Shown here piece after piece: positions 27,735 to 36,679 of a stretch of DNA of 64,000 nt (positions within the stretch are counted from its first letter, which is position 1; every line of letters starts with the position of its first letter). The DNA lies in the IMG/VR virus record IMGVR_UViG_3300037313_000833; one strand, written 5' to 3'. The notes beneath the pieces are model-generated. The model ran no database searches, was not told the DNA's origin, and saw only the letters and a list, made by a program, of their open reading frames with translations. The position numbers and the translations under genes are program-made. The stretch is from a virus.

Positions 27735-28002
27735 GCCCAAGGCTCATGAAGAATTAAAGCTTCTTCGATTCGCGTTAGCGCTTACTGACGCAAACATCGA
27801 TCGTCTGTCGTCCAGAAAACTCAAGAGTTATGAGGAGTTAGCAAAACTCCATGACGAACGACAAGTCTTGACACGTCGCATCACCCAGGTTATCCTTGAT
27901 CATGGAGGCCGAGTACCCCATGACAAAGACGTGTATTACGCGGTTAGCAATACTTGCCATGTTCTCATTCCCGCTCTCTGTGGCTGGGAATGGAAAGCTT
28001 GA
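27715..28002 (+). CDS. hypothetical protein
   Basis: ORF overlaps both neighbours. Confidence 0.5.
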   Translation: METIRLEPKAHEELKLLRFALALTDANIDRLSSRKLKSYEELAKLHDERQVLTRRITQVILDHGGRVPHDKDVYYAVSNTCHVLIPALCGWEWKA

Positions 28003-28492
28003 CTCGAGCGTCGTCCGCGATCCTATTTTGGAATCCATCTCTAAGCTCCAGCCTCGCCTCAAAGGCGATGCTAAAGCACGCCTAGCCCGCGCCCTGCGCG
28101 ACGTTTCCCACGACAACGAATGCCAGATCTCTTGGAAGGTTTTGATCGCCGTAGCGTTCAATGAAAGCTCTCTTTGGGTCGGTAAGGTTAACCACAAAAC
28201 CAAAGATCATGGCTTGATGCAGATTAATGAAAAAAATATCTTGCGGATGGGTCTGGACAGACATAGACTCAAAACAGATGAGCGGTATGCCTTATCAGCA
28301 GGGTGCCGGATTCTGACTGACTTCAAGAAGGGATATGCGAAAAAGTTCCCAGCTTGGGTCGGAATGTATCGTGCGGGAGTTAATCTCCACAAACCTGCGG
28401 TAGTGCTTAGCGCACAGAAGTATGACACCATGATTCGTAAGACTGTCGCCCGCGTTGAAATGTCGGGCGTTCAGATCGCGAGGATGAAGTGA
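27920..28492 (+). CDS. lytic transglycosylase (SLT domain) with an N-terminal signal/SAR-like segment
   Basis: MTKTCITRLAILAMFSFPLSVAG; AFNESS (catalytic Glu-Ser); DHGLMQIN; MYRAGVN. An alternative ATG exists at 27896. Confidence 0.8.
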   Translation: MTKTCITRLAILAMFSFPLSVAGNGKLDSSVVRDPILESISKLQPRLKGDAKARLARALRDVSHDNECQISWKVLIAVAFNESSLWVGKVNHKTKDHGLMQINEKNILRMGLDRHRLKTDERYALSAGCRILTDFKKGYAKKFPAWVGMYRAGVNLHKPAVVLSAQKYDTMIRKTVARVEMSGVQIARMK

Positions 28493-28671
28493 GCGGGACT
28501 GAAGCCAAAATTCAAAAAGTGAAGAAGGTCATCGACCGCTCCGTTGAGCCCAAGATCGCGAAGGTCATTGAGGAATTCAACAAGTCCATCGCGAAAATGG
28601 GAATGCGTGTGGGCGCAGAGATTCAATGGTTCATCGAAGAAATTCCAAGCGAACCACGGAGAGACGGATGA
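28489..28671 (+). CDS. hypothetical small protein
   Basis: GTGA coupling upstream and ATGA coupling downstream. Confidence 0.5.
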   Translation: MSGTEAKIQKVKKVIDRSVEPKIAKVIEEFNKSIAKMGMRVGAEIQWFIEEIPSEPRRDG

Positions 28672-29222
28672 AGAAGAGAAAGATCGCCGGACGTTCGAGA
28701 TCTGCTGAAGACAGCGGTTGTTTCATCGATCGTAAGCTCAGCACGATTTACATCACGGGAGAAATTAATCAGCGGATGGCGAGTCTGTTTCGAAAGTATT
28801 TCCGATCTCTCGAAGCTGTAAAAGCTGAAATCATTATCGAGATCAATTCTCCAGGCGGAGACATCCAGGCCGGTCTTGCCATTGTGGACACGATTCGTCT
28901 TTGTAAAAAGAGCGTCGTGACTCGCGTGACAGGTGAGGCGATGTCCATGGGATCTGTGATCCTCGCCGTTGGAAAGAAGCGTGAAGCCCTGGAGCTTTCG
29001 AGCATCATGGTTCATCAAGGAAGCTTCTCTCTTCACGCTAGAGCGGATGAGATTGAGACGGAAGTAAAAGAGCTTCAGCGTCTCGAGACTCTCTGCTGGG
29101 CGATCCTTGACTCCCGGTGCGGTAAACCGTCGGGATACTGGGAGAAGCTTTGTAACAGAAAAAATAAATACCTTTCGGCGGCGCAAGCTAAGGCCGAAGG
29201 TCTTGTCGATGAGGTGCTCTAA
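28668..29222 (+). CDS. ClpP-family serine protease
   Basis: INSPGGDI, GEAMSMG (Ser), IMVHQG (His). Start taken at MKKRK, ATGA-coupled. Confidence 0.8.
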   Translation: MKKRKIAGRSRSAEDSGCFIDRKLSTIYITGEINQRMASLFRKYFRSLEAVKAEIIIEINSPGGDIQAGLAIVDTIRLCKKSVVTRVTGEAMSMGSVILAVGKKREALELSSIMVHQGSFSLHARADEIETEVKELQRLETLCWAILDSRCGKPSGYWEKLCNRKNKYLSAAQAKAEGLVDEVL

Positions 29223-29668
29223 TGAATGCAAAAGTCGTTACATGGCCACGTAAGCGCGAACTTTGTCAGGAGTTTGAACACCGTCTGAATCACGTCATCG
29301 CTGCATCTGGGGAGATCGAAGCCATTAGGCTTTTCGAACGCGGCGATTTTGTAGACGTTGTTCTTCTCATCAGTGATGCACCGGGATCAGGTCAGACCGC
29401 GATGGTCATGGCGCCTGATGAACTGGATGAAGTCATCGATGCGATGAACTTGAAAATTAAGAAGAGGGAGACAAACGCGAAGCTGATCGGACTTCTCGCC
29501 TTAGCGGGCGGAAGGTATGTTGGGACCGTCATCACTCGCCCTAATGTGGAAGTAGTAAAACGTGACGCAAACGAAGGGCAAGATGCGAAGTCTGATGGAG
29601 GCGCAAAACGCGGAAAGCAACGCGGCGCTGTCGCTCCGAATCGAAGAACTGATGGAGGGGATACTTGA
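29222..29668 (+). CDS. hypothetical protein
   Basis: ATG immediately after the ClpP-like gene stop. Confidence 0.55.
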   Translation: MNAKVVTWPRKRELCQEFEHRLNHVIAASGEIEAIRLFERGDFVDVVLLISDAPGSGQTAMVMAPDELDEVIDAMNLKIKKRETNAKLIGLLALAGGRYVGTVITRPNVEVVKRDANEGQDAKSDGGAKRGKQRGAVAPNRRTDGGDT

Positions 29669-30197
29669 ACCCACGATTACTTTCCACATCAACAAGTACG
29701 CAAAGAATCTCGGCGAGAAGCTAGGGATGGATGAGGATGACCTCCTCAACGATGTGAGAGAGCAGATCTGGAAAGGTCTCCTGAGCCACGATAAATCGAA
29801 GCCAGCCAGTGAATACACGTACCTAAGCTTCATTATCGCAAACAGATTTAAAACGCTTGCAAAGCGCTCCTCTCTCCCGAAGCATAACTGCGTGCAGTAT
29901 TACGCTGACGTGTACAGTGCTTCAGGAATCGAAGAAGAGGATCTCATCGATAATACGACCGGCGAGGCTTTACTCGAAGCCCGTCAGCAGCTTGCAATTT
30001 ATCTGAGTCTACTGAATGAGACGGACCGTGAAATCTATGGGTTTCTTGTCCACGGATACAGCTTGGATGAGATGGTCACGACCTACAACAAATTACATAA
30101 GGCACCCGGATTCCTCCCGGTGAATCGGGTATTCATCACCGGGATAATTAATCGGGTCCAAGAAACAATCGTAAGGCAAAGGAAGCTTACCCCATGA
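29583..30197 (+). CDS. sigma-70-family-like protein (region 2 and region 4 like)
   Basis: DDLLNDVREQIWKGLLSHD...YLSFIIANRFKTLAKR (region 2-like). LNETDREIYGFLVHGYSLDEM (region 4-like). Start uncertain, somewhere in 29562-29652. Confidence 0.55.
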   Translation: MRSLMEAQNAESNAALSLRIEELMEGILEPTITFHINKYAKNLGEKLGMDEDDLLNDVREQIWKGLLSHDKSKPASEYTYLSFIIANRFKTLAKRSSLPKHNCVQYYADVYSASGIEEEDLIDNTTGEALLEARQQLAIYLSLLNETDREIYGFLVHGYSLDEMVTTYNKLHKAPGFLPVNRVFITGIINRVQETIVRQRKLTP

Positions 30198-30787
30198 AGA
30201 AAAAGAAGACTCAAGCTCCCCCAGTAACAGACATTCAAGTCTCTGATTCCATTTCAAGAGATGTCGACATGTTCAAGAAGTGGATGTCAGGCGCGACGAA
30301 AGAGTCTATCGCTCAGGAGTATGGGCTCAGCACGCAAGCGATCTATGACATCGCCCGTAAAAACGATTGGAAGGGTAAGCGCCGGATGGTCAAGGACGCG
30401 GTTTACGCGGACGTAATGACTGAAGTCAAAGACCGTGCCGTTGAGCTTTTTGGCCTTCTTGCTACGGACTTAGGGCTCTTGAAGCAGTCCGCGCACCTTA
30501 AGAAGAAAAAGCGCCAGCTGACAAAAGAAGAGCGTCAGTACGCAATGAAGTTCCTGGAGATCTGTCTCCATGAACAAAAGCTTTCGGAAGGCAAGCCGAC
30601 GGCTATTACGTCAGGCGAGCAAGAGCTTCGTCTGGTTCTCCCTCAAGGCGTTGAGGACGCATGGGTCATCCCACCTGATCCAAGGCTTGCGATTCAACGC
30701 GAGACTCCTGAAACAAAGAACGAAGACATCAGTCCCGCGGACTTCGATGAGATCGTAAACGCAGAAAAAAATAAAAGCGGACGTTGA
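30194..30787 (+). CDS. HTH DNA-binding protein (small-terminase-like N-terminus, unproven)
   Basis: ATKESIAQEYGLSTQAIYDIARKNDW helix-turn-helix. Confidence 0.55.
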   Translation: MKKKKTQAPPVTDIQVSDSISRDVDMFKKWMSGATKESIAQEYGLSTQAIYDIARKNDWKGKRRMVKDAVYADVMTEVKDRAVELFGLLATDLGLLKQSAHLKKKKRQLTKEERQYAMKFLEICLHEQKLSEGKPTAITSGEQELRLVLPQGVEDAWVIPPDPRLAIQRETPETKNEDISPADFDEIVNAEKNKSGR

Positions 30788-30829
30788 CGCGGGCGCGATG
30801 TCGGTTAGAATTAGAGCAAGGAGTCGTCA

Positions 30830-31246
30830 GTGAACAATCCAAACTTTACGGCTGATGGTGTTCTCGTCCTGCGTTTGGATCACGAACCAGATGTGACTGG
30901 GCATACTATGCCGCCTAAAGCGCGGTTGCGTTACCGTCAGATGATCCCAGTTGTCTTTGACACAGAAGACGCTAGACCTGTCGGAATGGCAAAGCTTGTC
31001 CGTAATGGCGACGAAGTATTCGCTGACCTTACAATTGCGGTAAGCCCTTACGACAAAGCCCACGCGCTCAAGATGCTCAGGAAGCTTGTCCCAGCTATTG
31101 GGGGAGTGACTGTCAAGATTGTTGGTTCAGAGATTGTCGATTTTGAAATCAAGTTCATCATGCTGACGACTGAGAACCAAGATGACACCATCCCACCTCT
31201 CGGGGACAAAGTGATCCCGATCCCAGATAAAACGGAGATGCATTAA
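30830..31246 (+). CDS. hypothetical protein
   Basis: AAGGAG before the GTG. Contains an internal GCGGTAAGCCCTTAC (31037-51). Confidence 0.6.
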   Translation: MNNPNFTADGVLVLRLDHEPDVTGHTMPPKARLRYRQMIPVVFDTEDARPVGMAKLVRNGDEVFADLTIAVSPYDKAHALKMLRKLVPAIGGVTVKIVGSEIVDFEIKFIMLTTENQDDTIPPLGDKVIPIPDKTEMH

Positions 31247-31482
31247 TGAAACCGGGTCGCGCTCCAAACTATCGCCTAACCGAAGCCCATGAGGTTCGCA
31301 TGGGACAAGACTACGTCACACTACCGCAAGGCGCGTGGGTTCGTCCGGTTGAGGCTTGCTACCTACCAAAGCACATCACTGAGAGCGACGACTTCAGATG
31401 GTTTAATCCGGAGATGAAAGTCTATTGTTACACGCGTTTCGGGTTCCATCCGATCCCGCGAGATAAAGTGGAGACGGCTTAA
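31246..31482 (+). CDS. hypothetical protein
   Basis: TAATG junction: the A of the previous TAA stop is the A of this ATG (1-nt overlap). Confidence 0.6.
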   Translation: MKPGRAPNYRLTEAHEVRMGQDYVTLPQGAWVRPVEACYLPKHITESDDFRWFNPEMKVYCYTRFGFHPIPRDKVETA

Positions 31483-31955
31483 TGGAAGCGGATAGAATCA
31501 AAGCGATTAGAGCAAGCGCCATCTATAAAGCAACCCAGAAGGGGTACCCATTGGAGTGGGCCGAAGACTTCGCTCAGGAAGCTTGTGAGCGCATTTTCCA
31601 CGGCCGCAAAGCCACGGTGTCCCAGCTCTTGATCGACTACGTCCGCGAGACGCAAGGCGCGACAAGGCATGCCGAAAATAAGCGCATAAAGCTTGAGCTG
31701 CACGCTGATGGCTTTGACGACGAAGTGTTAAGCGATCCCGGCATTACTGGAACTGAGCCCGACCTTCTTAACTATCTCAATCTGCTCGAGGGTGATGACC
31801 GTGCCATCATGGCTTTAAAGTTCGCTTGGGATATGACCGAACCCGAGATCGGCGCGGTGTTTGGCGTTAGCGGAAGCCGCATTTCCCAAAAGGTCAAAGA
31901 AATCACGGCACGATTGAGAAAACGCCTTAACAATCTCGAGCGTGGTACGTCTTAA
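31482..31955 (+). CDS. small sigma-factor-like protein (ECF-size, region 4.2 HTH)
   Basis: DRAIMALKFAWDMTEPEIGAVFGVSGSRISQKVKEITARLRKRL. Confidence 0.65.
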   Translation: MEADRIKAIRASAIYKATQKGYPLEWAEDFAQEACERIFHGRKATVSQLLIDYVRETQGATRHAENKRIKLELHADGFDDEVLSDPGITGTEPDLLNYLNLLEGDDRAIMALKFAWDMTEPEIGAVFGVSGSRISQKVKEITARLRKRLNNLERGTS

Positions 31956-31960
31956 CAATT

Positions 31961-31988
31961 CGTCAAAAACCCGTCGAACTTTTTGACG
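31961..31988 (+). terminator. 9-bp hairpin after the sigma-like gene (possible terminator)
   Basis: CGTCAAAAA / TTTTTGACG with a 10-nt loop. Further hairpins at 32042-60 and 32063-77. Confidence 0.4.
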
Positions 31989-32098
31989 ATCGTCAGCGCT
32001 ATGCTAGGTCATTTTTGATTTCCTGCATTTTAGAGGGCTCCCACGCTGGCACACAGCGTGCAACGATAACGCGTATCGCACGTGCAGTTAGCGTGCTA

Positions 32099-32135
32099 GT
32101 AAGCCTTGACACCGGGGATTAATTAGGTGTACAAG
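32099..32135 (+). promoter_or_regulatory. GTAAGCCTTGACA element fused to a sigma70-like promoter
   Basis: TTGACA 32106-11, then 18 nt, then TACAAG; GAGAAGGAG and ATG 32163 follow. Confidence 0.5.
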
Positions 32136-32162
32136 CGCAGTTGAGAAGGAGATAAAACTAAA

Positions 32163-32726
32163 ATGCATACTCAAAAGGTTCAGGAAGTAAGTAACGAACA
32201 AGTGAAAGCGATCCAATCTATTGCGAATGAAATTCCTGGTTCTCTCGATCTTTTTGAATACATGTCCGCACGTATCCGCGGCCGTCAAGACTTCAGCTTT
32301 AAACGCGTGATCCGCGTTATGCGTGAGCATGGACGCAACATCACAAAAGACCAGCTTCAAACCATTTGTGAGAAGCTCCAGTCGATCGGTGTCGGCCGTA
32401 TCGAATACGGCAAGAACGGCAAAGACAACCGCTTCATCGTTGCCTTTCACCTGATCTCTATCGCGAAAGCCGCGAAGGGCGAGATCGCGGAACTCGATCC
32501 CGTTGGTAAACAGAAGGTTGTGCTCCCGCACCTTGCGCTTGTGAAAACCGCAGAAGAGCAGAAGGCAACCGAACTGCAACCGGCACCGATCGAACAGAAG
32601 AAGCCACGCATGATTCTGGTTCGTTGCGGAGCCTTTGAGATGGAACTCCCACTCAATATGACGGCTGAAGAGCGTGAGAGCGCTTCCGACCTCATCGCCT
32701 CCATGCCGCAAGTTTATCAGAACTAA
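32163..32726 (+). CDS. hypothetical protein
   Basis: Strong SD GAGAAGGAGA. Confidence 0.7.
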   Translation: MHTQKVQEVSNEQVKAIQSIANEIPGSLDLFEYMSARIRGRQDFSFKRVIRVMREHGRNITKDQLQTICEKLQSIGVGRIEYGKNGKDNRFIVAFHLISIAKAAKGEIAELDPVGKQKVVLPHLALVKTAEEQKATELQPAPIEQKKPRMILVRCGAFEMELPLNMTAEERESASDLIASMPQVYQN

Positions 32727-32777
32727 ACGAAAGTTCTGACTAACTTAATCGGGTATACAGGCCCGATCGAGCCGTCC

Positions 32778-32797
32778 GAGTATATATCTCTTAGGAG
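32778..32797 (+). promoter_or_regulatory. copy 4 of the GAGTATATAT...AGGAG motif
   Basis: GAGTATATATCTCTTAGGAG; ATG 32807 follows. Confidence 0.55.
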
Positions 32798-32806
32798 AGT
32801 ATACTC

Positions 32807-33202
32807 ATGGCGCTCAAGGTTCTCGCAAAAGCAAGACTGACGGTTTCTCAAGACAACGCACCGAATCCACAAGAGATCACTTTTGATTCGGGCGATAAGT
32901 CTGCAACCGACACGACGACCTACTCTGAGAGCGTCTCGCACACTTTCAACGTCGAGGCCGGTGCAACGGATGTCCAGGTTGACCTTGGATCTCTTGCCGA
33001 GGTTGACTTCTTATATCTCTTCGCAAAGGCGTCAGGCCTTACCATCAAGCTTGTCCCGGTCGGCAAGACCGTTGCGGACGTTTCGGCTTATGAAATCCTC
33101 CAGAACACTCCATGCGTAATCCCTTTTAAAATTAAAGAGATTTACGTTTCAAACCCCGGCGCAAGCGACGCGGTTATTGTTCTGGGAGCTGCTGGTAATT
33201 AA
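32807..33202 (+). CDS. small virion-type (decoration/structural?) protein
   Basis: Lies behind the late-type motif, directly upstream of the terminase. The beta-rich sequence has no recognisable motif. Confidence 0.6.
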   Translation: MALKVLAKARLTVSQDNAPNPQEITFDSGDKSATDTTTYSESVSHTFNVEAGATDVQVDLGSLAEVDFLYLFAKASGLTIKLVPVGKTVADVSAYEILQNTPCVIPFKIKEIYVSNPGASDAVIVLGAAGN

Positions 33203-33216
33203 CCGAGGGGTGTTGG

Positions 33217-34707
33217 ATGCTGAAGGTCCATTACCCATTCGGCAAGAAGCCGGACCCGACTTTCATTTACCCGCGGTATCAAGAGCATCCGGGTCAGCGC
33301 GAAATCACGCAAGCGCTGAAGAAAAACTTTTCCCTACCGGAAGAGGATCAAGCCAGCATCATCGAGATCATCTGCGGACGTGGCTGGGGTAAGACCCTGT
33401 ACTTCGTTTGCAAGATCCTGATCCCCTATCTCAACACCCATCCAGGTGCGAAGGTCATGTGGGTCGCACCATCCTATCTGGTCGCCCAGTCTCCGATCGA
33501 AGACGTGTTCAAGGGGATGAACGAACAGACCGGCGAGCGCTGGGTTGAGGAATTCGACTCCCAAGGGAACAAGATCTGGGAGTTCGCGACGACACGCTCC
33601 GGCCCGGTGCTCACGTGGTGGAACGGCGCGACTGTCACCTTCCGTTCGGCCGAAGCTCCGGAGTCCATCGTTTCCCGCGGATACAACTTGATCATCATGG
33701 ACGAAGCGGCTTTGATCGCTGAACAGGTGTTCAGGCTTCAGATTCTCGGAACTGCACGTAAAGCCGGAATTAAGATCTTTGCTATTACCACGCCGCGCGG
33801 TCGGAAGCATTGGACATACGACTTCTTTATTAAAGGTCAAGATCCATCCGAGAAAAATTATCTATCATTTCAGCAAGCGTACACACGGAATCCGTTCCAC
33901 AATAAAACTCAGGCCGCTCTCGTCAAGGACATTCCTGACTGGCTGTACCGTCAAGAGTATCTCGCCGAGTTCATCGAAGACGGCGACAGCGTATTCCGCG
34001 GGCTCGACTCCGTCATCGACGGGGCCGAGATCTCGTACCCTGGTCAGCATCAGGAATGGGCGGCCGAACAGAAGGACGTTATCCTCGATACGCCTCAAGG
34101 TCAGATCCGTCGCAAGTGGAGCGAGCGGCGCTTCGTTGTAGGGCTCGACCTTGCGAAGTCGGTTGACTATACCGTATATTGGGTTCTCGATTGTGAGACG
34201 GGAGAGACCGTCTATTACAAGCGCGTGAACAAGACGGATTACAAAGACATCCTCAAGACCGCGCAGTCGCTTTGCCAAACCTACAACGGCGCAGACCTAG
34301 TGTTCGACGCGACAGGCGTGGGCTCAGGTCTTGCCGACATGATGTCCGCTTACGACATCGTTGCACATCCATTCGTCTTCACAAACGATACGAAGTCCGA
34401 ACTCGTCACGCGCCTTGCGGTTGCGATCGAGCACGGACAGATTAAGATCCCAAACATTGTCACCGTAAAGAATGAGCTTTCTGCTTTCACCTACCAGATA
34501 ACTCGCACCGGGAAAATCACGTACAATGCGCCGACTGGCTTCCATGACGACATCGTCATGGCACTGGCGCTTGCTAACTGGTTCCGCGTGGAGAACGAGG
34601 GAACTGATCAGGTAAGCGCGATCGACGAAGTGATCGCGTTCAATGAGCGCCAGTCGCGCGGAAACAGCGGAAGCTTCTTTGACTTTATGGATGACGATAA
34701 TGACTAA
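33217..34707 (+). CDS. terL: terminase large subunit
   Basis: ICGRGWGKT (Walker A-like), IIMDEAA (Walker B), nuclease half with GLDLAKSVDYTV and GFHDDIVMALALA. Confidence 0.85.
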   Translation: MLKVHYPFGKKPDPTFIYPRYQEHPGQREITQALKKNFSLPEEDQASIIEIICGRGWGKTLYFVCKILIPYLNTHPGAKVMWVAPSYLVAQSPIEDVFKGMNEQTGERWVEEFDSQGNKIWEFATTRSGPVLTWWNGATVTFRSAEAPESIVSRGYNLIIMDEAALIAEQVFRLQILGTARKAGIKIFAITTPRGRKHWTYDFFIKGQDPSEKNYLSFQQAYTRNPFHNKTQAALVKDIPDWLYRQEYLAEFIEDGDSVFRGLDSVIDGAEISYPGQHQEWAAEQKDVILDTPQGQIRRKWSERRFVVGLDLAKSVDYTVYWVLDCETGETVYYKRVNKTDYKDILKTAQSLCQTYNGADLVFDATGVGSGLADMMSAYDIVAHPFVFTNDTKSELVTRLAVAIEHGQIKIPNIVTVKNELSAFTYQITRTGKITYNAPTGFHDDIVMALALANWFRVENEGTDQVSAIDEVIAFNERQSRGNSGSFFDFMDDDND

Positions 34708-35317
34708 GCTCCTAACGTTTATCGCCGCGGTAACGCTTATTGCTCTCCTACCACTGAAGGCTTCTGCGACTGTGGTTCAACTCCCGTCGCTCCACATCAT
34801 GCTGACCACGCAGAAAGTTGTTCACATCGGAGACGTGGAGAAGGCGGGGCTTGAGCGGTTCCGCAGAGAGTACAAAGAAGCAGACAAGCTCCCCGGTGAT
34901 ATGATCGTCCTCATCAACTCCAATGGCGGGTATCAGGAGATGGGTCAGGAGATGATTAACGCGATCAAGTTCCAGCAGAAAAAAGGCGTTAAGGTCATCT
35001 GCATTGTGGAAGACCATGCGGCATCTATGGCGTTTAATATCTTGACAAACTGTTCTGTTCGTGCAGCGACAAGGAATGCGCGCCTCATGTTCCATAAACT
35101 TTCTCTTGTGTCATGGCCTAAAGGGAAAAGACTTACCGCAAGAAATCTCCGAATTGCGGCGGATGATCTCGATAAAGATGACGAACCATACCGTCAAGCC
35201 AACGCAAAGGCTTTGAGCTTAACTCTTGAAGAGTACGACGCTTTTGCTGATCGGGATGCTGAATGGAAAGCACCTGAGCTTTTGATCATTGAGTACCTGC
35301 ACGCGGTCACAGAATAA
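34700..35317 (+). CDS. ClpP/SppA-family serine protease with a cleavable-looking signal peptide
   Basis: MTKLLTFIAAVTLIALLPLKASA; INSNGG; AASMAF (Ser); LMFHKL (His). An alternative ATG exists at 34691. Confidence 0.75.
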   Translation: MTKLLTFIAAVTLIALLPLKASATVVQLPSLHIMLTTQKVVHIGDVEKAGLERFRREYKEADKLPGDMIVLINSNGGYQEMGQEMINAIKFQQKKGVKVICIVEDHAASMAFNILTNCSVRAATRNARLMFHKLSLVSWPKGKRLTARNLRIAADDLDKDDEPYRQANAKALSLTLEEYDAFADRDAEWKAPELLIIEYLHAVTE

Positions 35318-35321
35318 AAGC

Positions 35322-35350
35322 TTGACGCGCGGTAAGCCGTACCGTACCGT
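35322..35350 (+). promoter_or_regulatory. TTGACG-N17-TACCGT promoter-like site containing GCGGTAAGCC
   Basis: Read directly from the sequence; GGGAGA and ATG 35374 follow. Confidence 0.45.
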
Positions 35351-35373
35351 GTCTATAGGGAGACAGGTACGAT

Positions 35374-35934
35374 ATGATTCGATTGATCGGATTTAATGGC
35401 GGCATGGGAAGCGGTAAGAGTACCGCAATTGAGTTCTTGAAAGCTCAGTACCCCGATCAAGAGATTGTGAATGTTAAGTTCGCCGGACCTCTCTATGAGA
35501 TCCAAGAGTTTATCTATAAACGAATCGAAAGCGTTTACAAACGCCCGCCGACATTCGTTAAGGATCGCAAGCTCTTGCAATGGATCGGAACCGATTGGGG
35601 CCGTGATACCATCAGCCAGAACCTATGGGTGGACATCTGGCGCGCGGAAGTTAACGATGCTTTGAAGCGTGGATGTCTTGTCGTATGCGATGACGTGCGC
35701 TTTGATAATGAAGCCGCGCTGGTTCGTGCGATGGGCGGTAGGGTCATACAGCTTCAGTGCAATAAGACACATGAACGTATTGACACAGCCGCAGGGATCG
35801 TGAATCATAAGAGTGAGGCGGGTATCGCTGTCGAGTTCATCGATGCGGTAGTGCTTAACGACGGCACGCTAGAGGATTTCAAAGTTTCGCTGACGGAGGT
35901 GTTTAATCACTTCGGCGTAGGATTCAGCGAGTAA
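35374..35934 (+). CDS. P-loop kinase, dNMP-kinase-like
   Basis: GFNGGMGSGKST Walker A. Size and genomic context match phage dNMP kinases. Confidence 0.6.
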   Translation: MIRLIGFNGGMGSGKSTAIEFLKAQYPDQEIVNVKFAGPLYEIQEFIYKRIESVYKRPPTFVKDRKLLQWIGTDWGRDTISQNLWVDIWRAEVNDALKRGCLVVCDDVRFDNEAALVRAMGGRVIQLQCNKTHERIDTAAGIVNHKSEAGIAVEFIDAVVLNDGTLEDFKVSLTEVFNHFGVGFSE

Positions 35935-35967
35935 CCGGGGGAGACCCCACAGAACGAGGAGCACACA

Positions 35968-36564
35968 ATGGCACGTAAAAAAGTATTAGACTTGGATGCA
36001 GATTCGACCGTTAAGTTCGAGAAGAAAGGCCAGCAATTCGAAGGCTTTTATATCGGTTCAAAGAAGGTGAAGTCAGACTACGGTATGTCTAACCTTCACG
36101 TCTTTCAAACCGAAGACGGGAACCAAGGTATCTGGGGTTCGGCAAAGCTTGACGCAAAGCTTGCCAACGTTCCAGCTGGCTTCATGACCTACATCACCTA
36201 TGAAGGTAAGGTCAAGATTCCAGGCGGTAAGACTATGCACAAGTACGAAGTCGATTTCGATGATGAGCTTTCCATCGATGTCGGCGGAGTGAACATCAAC
36301 TTCCAGCAATCGGAAGAACCTTCTGAAGACGAAGCAGGTGAAGGCGTTGAAGCCGCTGCTGACGATGAAGAAGAGATCGACGAAGAAGCCGCTGCTGATG
36401 AGGACGAAAACTCTGAAGACGAAGAAGAGGAAGAAGTTCAAGCCAACGCGAAGACTCCGAAGGGCGTGACCTCCAACGCTCCACGCGTCTCGAAGGCTCC
36501 AGCTTCCGCTCCTTCTCGCGCTGCTCAAGACAAGGTCGCATCGCTTCTCTCGAAGAAGCGCTAA
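35968..36564 (+). CDS. putative ssDNA-binding protein with an acidic tail region
   Basis: N-terminal beta-rich domain, then about 45 residues rich in D/E. Lies immediately upstream of the primase-helicase and polymerase genes. Confidence 0.55.
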   Translation: MARKKVLDLDADSTVKFEKKGQQFEGFYIGSKKVKSDYGMSNLHVFQTEDGNQGIWGSAKLDAKLANVPAGFMTYITYEGKVKIPGGKTMHKYEVDFDDELSIDVGGVNINFQQSEEPSEDEAGEGVEAAADDEEEIDEEAAADEDENSEDEEEEEVQANAKTPKGVTSNAPRVSKAPASAPSRAAQDKVASLLSKKR

Positions 36565-36600
36565 GTGTGCCTTGGGGATCTCCCCCAACACCCCACGGCC

Positions 36601-36646
36601 GGACGGCTCGGCCTTACCCTCCTTCGAGGCTGGGCCGTCCACTTTT
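36601..36646 (+). terminator. intrinsic terminator-like hairpin
   Basis: GGACGGC / GCCGTCC with an inner CCTC/GAGG helix, followed by ACTTTTA. Confidence 0.45.
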
Positions 36647-36679
36647 ATCAACGCGACAACTTGAACGAGGTTCAGCTTG

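Noticed and set aside
30194-30787. Firm call of this HTH protein as the small terminase subunit
   Set aside because: Only an N-terminal HTH supports it, and it lies 2.4 kb and four genes away from terL. I kept it as a generic DNA-binding protein.
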